64,000 bases of DNA from a virus. This document shows positions 54,893-64,000 of this stretch, in pieces. The DNA is taken from the IMG/VR virus record IMGVR_UViG_3300032046_000021, positions 3,309 to 67,308 of that record; one strand, written 5' to 3'. Under the pieces are notes generated by a model. It searched no databases. It had not been told where the DNA came from and saw only the letters and a list, made by a program, of their open reading frames with translations. Made by a program: the position numbers and the translations under genes. How positions within the stretch are numbered: position 1 is the first letter of the stretch; each line of letters opens with the position of its first letter.

Positions 54893-57849
54893 TAGTATAT
54901 ATGCCACCATTGATCTGCAACATTGCAGTATATGTAAAGTATATCGCTCGTTGAAGCAATCAGTTTTTCGCTGTTGTAACTTGTTCCATAAATGAGACTC
55001 CACTGTGTACCATTGTTATAGTCGACTGTTATGACAGACCAGTTAATACCTTCAAAATTGAGACTAGCATTCATTTCTCCAAGCGTTCTTCCAACATCCT
55101 CTCCCCACGCTGTGCAATTATTCCATCCAACATTGAGGTTAGTACTAAGTTGCAAATACCGTCTGTCTGGGAGGTTTCCGATCTTTGTGCAGTTCGTTAT
55201 TGCGTTCCAGTTGGTGTTGAAAGTCAATTCGAATAAACCACTATCAGTAAACATCTGAGTTACAACAGTATTGAAAGTGAAGTTCAATGCACCAGCTGCT
55301 CCAACGCTGACGATGACTTTGTGAGTTGTCAATGACATGTTAAAAAGTTGAGCGTCTAGCATACTGTACTGATGCACATACATTAAAGATTCCAGTGGAA
55401 CAGCCAACGTTGTATTTATTGGTGTGACACCCATGAAGAATTGAAGAGCAGTCATTACAACCGTAGCTAGATTGTTTGCCGTAGTACCTGAAACACTTCT
55501 GAACAGTCCCGTAGTTGGGTCGTATAGGTCAGATGTCGTATTATACAAACTTTTCCACGCTGGCAGATACACGCCATAGCCGTTCAGCATGGCTTGAAAG
55601 TTTTGCATTTCTGTTTCATTTAGAAGCATACAAGTAGCGAAAAGCGTAGCCCACCCAGTAATCGTACCTTCCAGAACTCGTTCTCCGTTGTCATAACTGT
55701 GATGCGTAGTGATAGCTGGATAAATGAATAATGGTTCTGATTGGTTGTTGTAAAGTCGAAACGTCCATTGTGGCGTGCTCCAATTGTCAACAATGAAACG
55801 ATTTACTATGTCGGTCATAAGTCTTGAAATGTTTCCGACGCTTGGACTGTCATATTTGAGCCATGCGCTTATCTGCAATAACGAACCTGCCCCAGCGCCC
55901 ACCCATCCCATCCCGTATGTCGAATCAACATCGATATACGCAAAATGCGGAGCGCCATAAGTCGCGTTTGTGCACCACAAGTTGTTGTTTAGATATTCCC
56001 ATTCTGTTTCTGCGTAATTTAACGCTTCGGACACGTTGCATATTTCGTAAAAGATCAGGAAGCACGCCAATGTTTGTGTGCATTCAACGTCGGAACGTGG
56101 GAAGTCTTGACCTTCATAAGGGTCATAGTAGCTGTCTGTGTAGGTTGCGTTAATATACCAACAGAAGCCATGTTCAGTCCAGTTGTATGCGCTTGCGAAG
56201 TTGTTGAACGCTGTGGTAAGATTCCATTTGCTCTGCAAATAGGAAAATTTGTTCGCCCAATAGTAACCGTATAGTTTTCCCCTATCCTTAACAGCAAACG
56301 AACTTAAATCGTGGGGCGTAAGCTCTGTGTAAGGCAGTCCCTCAACCATTGTGGCGTTGTCCAATGCCCATTTGATTTTGGTTTCGTTTTCTATGCCAAA
56401 CTTCATTGCCATTGCGCTCCAAACTAGAACTGTACTCCAGTCTGTCGATGCAGCAATCGCGTTCTGCAAGTCCGTCATGCTCGTCTTGCCAAACATCATT
56501 CCAACATAGATTGTGTCAATGCTTTCTGTCCAGTTGATTTTATTGTCTATCAAGTCCGTAAGTCTTGCGATTAAAGTATCATTGCTGATAGTGGTTAGGT
56601 ATTGCAATGCAGTGGCATTCCAGTTGTTGCTTGTGTCGTTCGCCAAAAATCGCCATTGAATCGTAACGGCTGTGCTGTTCAACGTTTTTGTTTTGTTGCT
56701 CCAATCTGGATTAGCCGTGAACGCCGTCCACGTTTCATTTACTGATGCTCCCGTATTGTTTGTTTCTAAGATGAATCCGCCAGTAGTTGCCAGCCCCGTC
56801 TCATCTGTCCATTTCGTGTAGAAGGTACATGATTGCCCGTCTATAGGCGTGGTTGTGCCAATGTCTGAATAGGTTGGCGGTTCAGTCGTGACTAAGGTTT
56901 GAATTGGCATGGAAACGTTAAAATTGTTGGCAGTGTCATTACAAATCTGATACCATCCAACAACCCTTCCGACAGTGGAATTGAGAGTCAACGTGTAATT
57001 TGCCCATGCTGCAGTCGTGTTTGTCCAAACCAAAGTGACTGTAACGTTGTAAGTCCAAGCGCCAGTGTTGTTGTGACTAACGAAAGCCATGCTAACGTTC
57101 TTGTTGTCATTAAATGCTGTCTGAAATTGACATGGGTATCCAGCACGAGTCGTATTTTTGTTAACGTTTGAGTAGGTCGGCAATGTGACATCGGGAGCAG
57201 CAGTGCCATAAACGTAGAAGCATGTTTCTAGGTCGGCGTCTGCATACCAAACGTTAGTGGTCAGTCTAAAATAGTTGCCTGCATGAGTCAAATAGCCTTG
57301 GTCGCCACCGACCTTGACATAATTAGTTCCGTTTATCAAACCAGAAGTGGGATTCTCAAAATTGATGCAGTATTTTGCGTTGGCACTCATAACGTATGCG
57401 TCGTGAAATGCGAATGTATACCAATCGTATGATGTTGTAAAACCCGATACTCCTAGCCCAACACTCCGAGCCAAAGCCGTCCCAGTGGGTTTACTACTTG
57501 TTCCATACGTGCCAGTGTGAGCATACAATACGGCATAGCTTAATCCCGTTGGGCTGCCGTACTTTTTGAGATAAAACTTGGCTTGTGTTAGAGTATAATC
57601 AACCGTAAGCATTGTGAAACTTTGGCCACAATCACTTGTTCCAGCGGCGGCGTGATACGATGAAAGGGCTTGGTCGTTACAATAGTTTGCTTCGCTGTAG
57701 CTGTCTATAAGATCAGTTGTGCCAGTTGGCGGCGTCGGCGGAAACAGAACTTGAATAGCAACAAATGATGCTAAGAAAACGATTATGATTGTGATAGTTG
57801 CTTCAAGCCACTTCTTAAACTTTGTAAGCTTCGCCTTTACTTTTTCCAT
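54892..57849 (-). CDS. Membrane-anchored, N-glycosylation-sequon-rich surface protein
   Basis: Start reassigned to ATG 57849. N-terminal TM, two Ig-like repeats (PTYS...W...NDT.NN.N), more than 30 NxS/T sequons by eye. Confidence 0.7.
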   Translation of the reverse strand: MEKVKAKLTKFKKWLEATITIIIVFLASFVAIQVLFPPTPPTGTTDLIDSYSEANYCNDQALSSYHAAAGTSDCGQSFTMLTVDYTLTQAKFYLKKYGSPTGLSYAVLYAHTGTYGTSSKPTGTALARSVGLGVSGFTTSYDWYTFAFHDAYVMSANAKYCINFENPTSGLINGTNYVKVGGDQGYLTHAGNYFRLTTNVWYADADLETCFYVYGTAAPDVTLPTYSNVNKNTTRAGYPCQFQTAFNDNKNVSMAFVSHNNTGAWTYNVTVTLVWTNTTAAWANYTLTLNSTVGRVVGWYQICNDTANNFNVSMPIQTLVTTEPPTYSDIGTTTPIDGQSCTFYTKWTDETGLATTGGFILETNNTGASVNETWTAFTANPDWSNKTKTLNSTAVTIQWRFLANDTSNNWNATALQYLTTISNDTLIARLTDLIDNKINWTESIDTIYVGMMFGKTSMTDLQNAIAASTDWSTVLVWSAMAMKFGIENETKIKWALDNATMVEGLPYTELTPHDLSSFAVKDRGKLYGYYWANKFSYLQSKWNLTTAFNNFASAYNWTEHGFCWYINATYTDSYYDPYEGQDFPRSDVECTQTLACFLIFYEICNVSEALNYAETEWEYLNNNLWCTNATYGAPHFAYIDVDSTYGMGWVGAGAGSLLQISAWLKYDSPSVGNISRLMTDIVNRFIVDNWSTPQWTFRLYNNQSEPLFIYPAITTHHSYDNGERVLEGTITGWATLFATCMLLNETEMQNFQAMLNGYGVYLPAWKSLYNTTSDLYDPTTGLFRSVSGTTANNLATVVMTALQFFMGVTPINTTLAVPLESLMYVHQYSMLDAQLFNMSLTTHKVIVSVGAAGALNFTFNTVVTQMFTDSGLFELTFNTNWNAITNCTKIGNLPDRRYLQLSTNLNVGWNNCTAWGEDVGRTLGEMNASLNFEGINWSVITVDYNNGTQWSLIYGTSYNSEKLIASTSDILYIYCNVADQWWHIY

Positions 57850-58349
57850 GAGCGTGCATTCTCCTTTGTCGTATAAGCATGCTTCTGATTGAAGCAGTAC
57901 CATAATTTCCAGTTAGGCGGAATAGTCTTTAATGAAGGATTCGTCCAGTCTAGCACTCTATCACATAATGTAACAAAAACATGATAACTGATACTAGTAT
58001 CGTAGACGTTTACTAAAACGTCGTAATACGGTATGGTTTTTTGCGTCAGAATCATGTTCGCTAGAAGAATTGCACCGTCTTCACAGTCACCGAACTTATC
58101 TGCTAGAGTTTCATCCGGAAAGTTCCAGTAATCTTTATTCCGATCATCTTTATTCCAGTCTGGTTTGTACTGGATGTTTGCAACAATCCACTCCAACAAC
58201 GTCTGGTTTGGTTGTAACTCAACAGACACGCTTTTGTTTAGAAAGTCCACTACATTGACCGGTTCACGCCGTTTAGTACGCTCGATTATTTGAACTTGTA
58301 CAAGTCCAAGCTTACGCATCTTCAACCATTCATTGAACCAATTGCACAT
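57837..58349 (-). CDS. Transglutaminase-like cysteine protease
   Basis: DYWNFPDETL...GDCEDGAILLA...YHVFV...LD (Cys-His-Asp triad). Confidence 0.8.
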   Translation of the reverse strand: MCNWFNEWLKMRKLGLVQVQIIERTKRREPVNVVDFLNKSVSVELQPNQTLLEWIVANIQYKPDWNKDDRNKDYWNFPDETLADKFGDCEDGAILLANMILTQKTIPYYDVLVNVYDTSISYHVFVTLCDRVLDWTNPSLKTIPPNWKLWYCFNQKHAYTTKENARSWKK

Positions 58350-58360
58350 ACTTACCCCTC

Positions 58361-59767
58361 CTATACTATTGCCTTGGCTCTGAAGAAATATTCGGTTTTA
58401 GCATCTAGGTTCTCAACAGTATGCTCAAAGTTTCCTGGCTCAAAACTTCCTTCCTCAGACCAATCATGAGAATATCCTCCACTTACTGAACCCCAATCAA
58501 ATCCCCTAGTTGAATGATGTATAGTTATATTACCATGAAGTACTACTGTGGTTTGACTTATCTCAGTAGCGTCTAGTGTAGTTATGAAAGCTCCCAAAAT
58601 AGCATTTGCCAATACCATGCTAGCTGCTGCAATTCTTCGTGTAAGGTTCAATTGTTTTATATTTGTAGCCGTTGCAGTAATTGCTGAAACCTTCGATCGC
58701 GTTGCCAATAGTGATCTTTTCTTTGCCCCTACCACTGAAAGACTTGCTGAAACAGTAGCAGAATAACTACCCACTGCTGGTTTGAAGTAACCAACGTATT
58801 GGAAGTAATCATAAGTTATGTTATCACAATAGAGGTTAATAACTCCGCCTGTATCTGTTTCCACATTAAGATGGAAGCCTGTGTAAAGGTTAGCTTCTGG
58901 CTCGTGTTCTAGTATGTAACGGGCTAATGAACTGCCATTCTTTCTTGCTCCCAAATTGTGTTCATTGTTAACGTCGCTCTGCATACATAGAATAGTTACT
59001 ACTCTTCCGTCTTGGTCTAGATAGCTAGTTAAATCCTTTGAAGTCCATCCTGTAACCGTAAGGTCTAATGCAACTAATACACTTTCAACATAATTTATGG
59101 TATTATCAAAGTAACCTAAGATAACGAAGTCGCCATCAGCATTAGTACTTGAGTATAGCTCGACTATTCCTGTATCTGCAGTAGTCTTAACATAGTAGGT
59201 GATACTATTTACTTGACCGTTTGCTGCTACACCTTCACATTCATGGATGGAGACACTTCTGTTCAAAGCACTGCCATCTATTCTTGCACCCATGATAGTT
59301 GCAGCAGCTTGGTTTTTATTGCAAAGGCACACTTGGACTACCCTTCCTTTTGGAATACCATAGTCTGTGTACCAGTCAGCATTATTCCAAGAACCACTTA
59401 CTCCTGCTGTGTCAGTATAAAAGGTTTCTGTGAAGTCAACACCCGTCCAATAGCCTACAAGATAAAATGTGACGCCTGTGGTAGCGTTGCAATAGATTTC
59501 TATCAACCCTGTCGTAACATCAACTTTGACAAGCATTTCTATTGTTGTTACTCCGCCACCTTCAGCTTCGTGAATTCGTTTGTAACGGGCTAAAGCACTA
59601 CCATCTGTACGTACTCCAACAATAGCGTCTAAAGCTAAATTTGAGTTTGCTATTACTATTTCCGCAATAGCACCTTTAGGAACACCTTTATTGGTGAAGA
59701 TGTCATAATTTTGCCAACCTGTTGCAGTAGGTACGAATGAAGTGAATAGTTCAGTATATGCTATCAT
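58361..59767 (-). CDS. Virion protein with three tandem beta repeats, a short R-rich 20-aa segment and an FN3-like C-terminus
   Basis: The G.R.DGS.L.R...HE.E motif occurs three times; C-terminal LDAKTEYFFRAKA. Confidence 0.7.
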   Translation of the reverse strand: MIAYTELFTSFVPTATGWQNYDIFTNKGVPKGAIAEIVIANSNLALDAIVGVRTDGSALARYKRIHEAEGGGVTTIEMLVKVDVTTGLIEIYCNATTGVTFYLVGYWTGVDFTETFYTDTAGVSGSWNNADWYTDYGIPKGRVVQVCLCNKNQAAATIMGARIDGSALNRSVSIHECEGVAANGQVNSITYYVKTTADTGIVELYSSTNADGDFVILGYFDNTINYVESVLVALDLTVTGWTSKDLTSYLDQDGRVVTILCMQSDVNNEHNLGARKNGSSLARYILEHEPEANLYTGFHLNVETDTGGVINLYCDNITYDYFQYVGYFKPAVGSYSATVSASLSVVGAKKRSLLATRSKVSAITATATNIKQLNLTRRIAAASMVLANAILGAFITTLDATEISQTTVVLHGNITIHHSTRGFDWGSVSGGYSHDWSEEGSFEPGNFEHTVENLDAKTEYFFRAKAIV

Positions 59768-61039
59768 TTACTGTGCCACCATCCATGCGTACCGGTTGTA
59801 CGCATCCTTTGTATCGTCTTGAAGGTCAAAGATTGTGTGACCTTTGAAGAACTCAGCTGCTTGCGCCCGATATTCTGCAAAGTGCATATCGTCCAATATG
59901 ATTACTTTACTATTAAGTGACGGAAACAGCGGTGCACGATCCTTTTCAGCAAGTCCGAGGTCAAGGAGCGTTAAATCGTACTGCATGTTTCCAACTGCCA
60001 CTTCATCGAGTAGAAACATTCTATCAGTAGATAGCTTATGCTGAGTTAGAAACTGCCTAGTTTTCTCTAACCATGCAGGATCAGTATCTACTGTTGTAAC
60101 TTCAGCCCCTGATTGTCTGAAAAGAAAGGACGAGAATCCGGAACCGAGATCCAGAATCTTCTTCGGCTTCAGTGACCTTAACAACTTATCCAGATATACG
60201 CATAGTTCCCACGAAATAGTCCATACTGGATCTGAGACCCCTTTAATATACTCCAGGTACGCTTCTTTCAACCCTTCCGGAGGTTTGTAACCTATAGTGT
60301 CCCTAGCCATCCTGAGTTGATATTCAGGAATACCGGCTAGTTGCAACTCTTCAGGTGTCAAGTTCATCTCTTTCATCAGTAGCTCTCTGAAATGGTCTAA
60401 TCTACCTTCACTACGGAACCTCTTAACTACGTTCCAGAGTACATTCATCTCATAGGTTTCGTTGGTGACTACATATGGGGTCGCAATATGTCCAAGGTTG
60501 AGACCGGTATCAACGTATACTTGGAAATCGAACTTCTTAGCCTTTAAGCAAAAGTAGATATCTTCCTGTGCATTACCTTTTTCATAGCACTGAAACCACG
60601 GTCGAGGTACTTTCTCGAATACTTCTCGCTTGATGAGCATGAAGCCGGTTCCAACCATATCAACCGGCATGATTTGATTATAGGGGAACGGTAATGGTGT
60701 CCTGTAAATACGTCGTTCGGGTACCCAAAAACCAAAACAGGGGACGTGATCTCCACCTTTCTTGTAGACAGTCGCGCCTATGATGGGCTTGTCAGCTTTC
60801 AGCAACTTCTCTATTGCACCAGGAACACCAATGGTATCAGAGTCCCAAAAGAGTAAATGTGTACAGTCGGTTGCCAGGAACTTCTCTACACACTTGTTTC
60901 GTTTCTCATCAATCGGTATAGTGTATCCTGATTCTACATGTATGTTAGTGATGTGTTCCCCAGAGGTTTGGAGTATCGACTCTAGCACTAACGGATGCAT
61001 TTCCCTAAGAATAGGGATGGCTAGGAAGACAGAAGGCAT
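59768..61039 (-). CDS. GT2 glycosyltransferase fused to a class I SAM methyltransferase
   Basis: WDSD, GTGFMLIKREVF, EDIYFC, then ILDLGSGFSS. Start reassigned to ATG 61039. Confidence 0.85.
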   Translation of the reverse strand: MPSVFLAIPILREMHPLVLESILQTSGEHITNIHVESGYTIPIDEKRNKCVEKFLATDCTHLLFWDSDTIGVPGAIEKLLKADKPIIGATVYKKGGDHVPCFGFWVPERRIYRTPLPFPYNQIMPVDMVGTGFMLIKREVFEKVPRPWFQCYEKGNAQEDIYFCLKAKKFDFQVYVDTGLNLGHIATPYVVTNETYEMNVLWNVVKRFRSEGRLDHFRELLMKEMNLTPEELQLAGIPEYQLRMARDTIGYKPPEGLKEAYLEYIKGVSDPVWTISWELCVYLDKLLRSLKPKKILDLGSGFSSFLFRQSGAEVTTVDTDPAWLEKTRQFLTQHKLSTDRMFLLDEVAVGNMQYDLTLLDLGLAEKDRAPLFPSLNSKVIILDDMHFAEYRAQAAEFFKGHTIFDLQDDTKDAYNRYAWMVAQ

Positions 61040-61053
61040 AAAAAACCTTCCGT

Positions 61054-61629
61054 CTAGCTCAGCGAAATCTTGTCCCACTTTGCTGTCAGCTGGTCGTCTG
61101 ATTCGAGGGCTACAGGCGTGAATGTTGCTTCGAAGTACATGTCACCGGCGGAAGCTGCATCAAACAATGCCATTAGTTGTGCAGCAGCGACAGTTGCAGT
61201 TGCTGTGAAAGTCTTCGATAGTATACACTGCCCAGTGCTACAGTCTACAACACTATAGGTTCCTTCTGCTCGTGCAAGACCTGAAAGTGTGATTTCTGCA
61301 GCTAATAGGGTGTGTGTTGCATTTGGTGCCCCAGCACTTTCAGACAGGGCAATATACTTCGCTACGGTCTGCGTAGTTGCAGTATTGAACAGACGATCTT
61401 TCGCAGCTTCCAAACCTGTATTATTGGTAACGTTGTGATTCTCATAGACTTCAACTTCTTCGTTGTAGATTACTTTTCCGTCCTCATCTCTCAATGCAAT
61501 ACGTGTCTTCGGATCTCGTTTTGCTCTGCGAACTTCAAGGACAACTCTGTTTGGACCGATGTGCATTTGTGGTTGCTGAGATTTCCTAGCTCCTCCTAAT
61601 AGACCAAATATGTTTCTCATTCTTTCCAC
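61054..61629 (-). CDS. Virion structural (fibre-attachment-like) protein
   Basis: NVTNNTG...YIALS...T.L.AE....R...F....LFDAASAG motif seen in phage collar/fibre proteins. Confidence 0.65.
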   Translation of the reverse strand: MERMRNIFGLLGGARKSQQPQMHIGPNRVVLEVRRAKRDPKTRIALRDEDGKVIYNEEVEVYENHNVTNNTGLEAAKDRLFNTATTQTVAKYIALSESAGAPNATHTLLAAEITLSGLARAEGTYSVVDCSTGQCILSKTFTATATVAAAQLMALFDAASAGDMYFEATFTPVALESDDQLTAKWDKISLS

Positions 61630-61688
61630 TCCTTTTATGTTCTTACGGCTTCTCGGACTGCCAGTTTAAGCTGTGCTGTCTCGAGCCG

Positions 61689-61940
61689 TTAGAGTCTATC
61701 TATACCACATTTGATTAATACACCCAACAGGGTAAGTCCGAAACTGACTGCAGCTAATTTCCACTTGTCAAACTTTGCCTCTTTTTTCTCTCGTGTATTC
61801 TCCGCCAAGTTATTTGCTTGCACTATATCGTTAAACTTAGCGTCAAGGTCTGCGATCTTTTTTACTAACCCACTACTGAGATCAGGGCCGATAATAGCAT
61901 TTTCTATCCTACTCAGTGAAGTTTGTATGGGCGTCATCAC
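61689..61940 (-). CDS. Coiled-coil plus C-terminal TM protein (holin/XhlA-like)
   Basis: LSRIE..I.G...GLV; C-terminal hydrophobic helix. The start may lie further upstream. Confidence 0.55.
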   Translation of the reverse strand: MMTPIQTSLSRIENAIIGPDLSSGLVKKIADLDAKFNDIVQANNLAENTREKKEAKFDKWKLAAVSFGLTLLGVLIKCGIDRL

Positions 61941-62001
61941 TGCCGAGCATTCTGTATGGGTTACGAATCCGCCATCCTTTTTGCTCGTGTACTCAATCCC
62001 C

Positions 62002-63321
62002 CTAAATTAGCCTTGCGTATTTCACCCTTGCACTTAGATTTGAAACTGTACCACCTGTGATTTCAGCTTCGATCTTGATGCTTCTGCCTTCAAGCAGGAA
62101 AGCTCGGTACGCATCTAGTAGGGGAGTAGCCAAGATGAATCCTGCGTCAGTCGCAACATTTTGCACGGAATAGGGAGTGGTAGAAACGGGGCTTGTAAAA
62201 TTGCATGTCAGGGCTATACCATCAATTGTTATGTGAATCTCTAATGGTGCAGGTTGAACTGTCCAAGTGACCCAAACGGCAATTGAGATGATCCTAGCGT
62301 TCTTCACTGTGTCTAAAACCGTGTATTTAGTACCGCTCACAGGATTCGCTTGCGATATGGCTGCATCTACTTGATGAGTCATTACCCTTTTTTCATCTAA
62401 GCTCAAAGTGTACCACCCACAATGTTGACGGTGATAGTTCCATGCACACCCGCTGCTGCTGGCTTAACTTGAACTCTCATGTAGTTCCAAATCTCCGTTA
62501 AGGTTTCTGCTACAGGAGTCGCAACAGTAAGTGCTTGATCAGTTACCTTGTTTACCCAGATGATGTTGTCGTTGGAGACATCGATAGAATAGACGAGTGC
62601 TTGGGTTGCTGCGGACAGTTGTATTACTTTAGACTTGAGTCCTCTCATGTAAAAGTAAAGGGTACCGACAACTATCTCAGGGACCACTACATACGTGTCA
62701 ACAGTAGTAAGTTTAGAACCAATCCAGGCTCTTAGCTTCGGTTTAACAAAATGTTCCATGTTTTTTCACTCCTTATTGGGGAATATCAGTGGAATATAAT
62801 GCCTCCACTACGGCCGAGTGAACTTAAAAATGGCGTCACTCAAACCTAAAGGATTATTAGAGGGCTGCGTTTACACCTGCAGCGACGACTTTTCCGTCAG
62901 ACGAGATTGGGAACCACAGACAGTAGAATTTGATAGTTCCAGTATCGATTGCAGCTGTCTTGACTTCGTAGCCAATATCGACGTCCTGGATAATGGCATA
63001 AAGCAACGTTGTGAGCAATTTTGCTGTTGCGGGAGTTGCATCTGAGAGAAGCTCACCGACATCGATGGTAGTGGCTGTAGTTGTCAGGATGAATAGATCA
63101 GTGTCATCAGAGACACCACATTCGATAGTTGCAGTAGCGCCTGTTAGATCGACGGAGCAAACTCCAAAGATTGCAGCAATAACTGTTCCGGTAACAGTGA
63201 ATAGCTCTTTTTTGGCAACAGCACCAGTAGTTGTAGTAAGGAATATTACTTCCTTTTCAACTATCCGAAACTGTTGTTTCTTGAACACCTTCGCAATGTC
63301 CATATATGTTGGTGTTGGCAT
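62002..63321 (-). CDS. Three small beta-rich virion proteins (62002..62406, 62403..62759, 62857..63321; decoration-like)
   Basis: Directly downstream of the capsid gene; beta-sandwich-like composition. Confidence 0.6.
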
Positions 63322-63335
63322 TGCTATTACTCCAT

Positions 63336-64000
63336 TTAGCAGACGTTCGCGATCTTGGCTATCAATCTACTAGTTGCATCGGTTGAACTATATGGTTGTA
63401 TCTTTGCTTTGAAGTATCTCGTGAAGAGAAACTCGTCGCCTACACCGAACTGTCTACGCTCTTCAGTTAGAGGAATGTTCATTCCGCCTTGTGGTTCAAA
63501 GCTGCCTATAATGCCAGCATCGTCAGTATTTACGACTATGTAAGCATCGTCACTTATGCCTGCTGCCTTGCCTGAAATAGCATCAGTGTATCGGGTTGGA
63601 TATATGCCTAATCCATAGACGGACTTGAAGTAGTCGAGAAGTTTCTGTTGAACGTTGCCTATGAGTCGTAGTTTCTTCAACTCACCATATACTGGTGCAG
63701 GAACAACCATGTTTATGTTTGCAATGTCTTCGAGGTTGACGTTACTGTTGGATAGAATGTTATTAATAGCGTTACCGACGTTCGAGTCTATGTCAACGTC
63801 TGCACCACCAGAATTCCACTCATCTCCGGCAGCAACAGTTACAGTATTGGTAGCGTACGGACCAGCGATTATCATGTCGAGAATGTGGGAATCCATCTGA
63901 ACTGCCATTGCCTCTGAAGCTCTCTTTAGACCCATCTGACGTTGGTAGTTCTCCAACTGCCTGGCCTTTGCTTCGTCCGTTATCAAGTAATGCACGTGGC
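63336..64000 (-). CDS. Major capsid protein (HK97 fold), C-terminal part
   Basis: ITDEA...RQ...A...MA..MD..IL helix and MVVPAPVY..L; first gene of the late arm; frame is open to the window edge. Confidence 0.75.
   Translation of the reverse strand, partial: HVHYLITDEAKARQLENYQRQMGLKRASEAMAVQMDSHILDMIIAGPYATNTVTVAAGDEWNSGGADVDIDSNVGNAINNILSNSNVNLEDIANINMVVPAPVYGELKKLRLIGNVQQKLLDYFKSVYGLGIYPTRYTDAISGKAAGISDDAYIVVNTDDAGIIGSFEPQGGMNIPLTEERRQFGVGDEFLFTRYFKAKIQPYSSTDATSRLIAKIANVC

Noticed and set aside
1-64000. Genome-wide stop-codon reassignment; tRNA or rRNA genes
   Set aside because: Conserved genes are intact under the standard code, and TAA, TAG and TGA all end genes. I recognised no tRNA cloverleaf or rRNA by eye; tRNAscan was not run.

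Overview
The window holds most of the genome of a tailed archaeal virus (Caudoviricetes, siphovirus-like). The evidence is archaeal TTTATATA boxes, GGAGGTGA Shine-Dalgarno (SD) sites and oligo-T terminators. Two genes resemble families I associate with Bathyarchaeia, so that host is an inference. Layout: a packaging module on the minus strand (ChaB-domain gene, portal, TerL, TerS; 1-3764); a repeat-rich control region (3.8-7.1 kb); a plus-strand early/replication arm (4976-34316); and a minus-strand morphogenesis arm (34353-64000). The early arm has many small wHTH and Zn-finger genes, a UvrD helicase, an SSB-like protein, a Sak4-like ATPase, PolB, Cas4-like and ERCC4 nucleases, an MCM-like ATPase and a complete 7-deazaguanine DNA-modification set (folE2, queD, queE, queC, queF, dpdA-like, plus a GNAT next to queF). 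The morphogenesis arm has tail tip, tape measure, a frameshifted chaperone, two tail-tube paralogs, a giant basic 20-aa-repeat fibre, a GT2-methyltransferase fusion and the capsid gene (partial). The most striking observation is a 1024-nt stretch (4767-5790) with no cytosine on the + strand, hence no guanine on the template strand. It spans a whole transcription unit: upstream motifs, TATA box, three genes whose proteins lack Ala/Pro/Thr/His/Gln, and a terminator. It is flanked by heptamer repeat arrays, in a virus predicted to hypermodify guanine. All protein assignments come from motif recognition by eye; no database searches were run.
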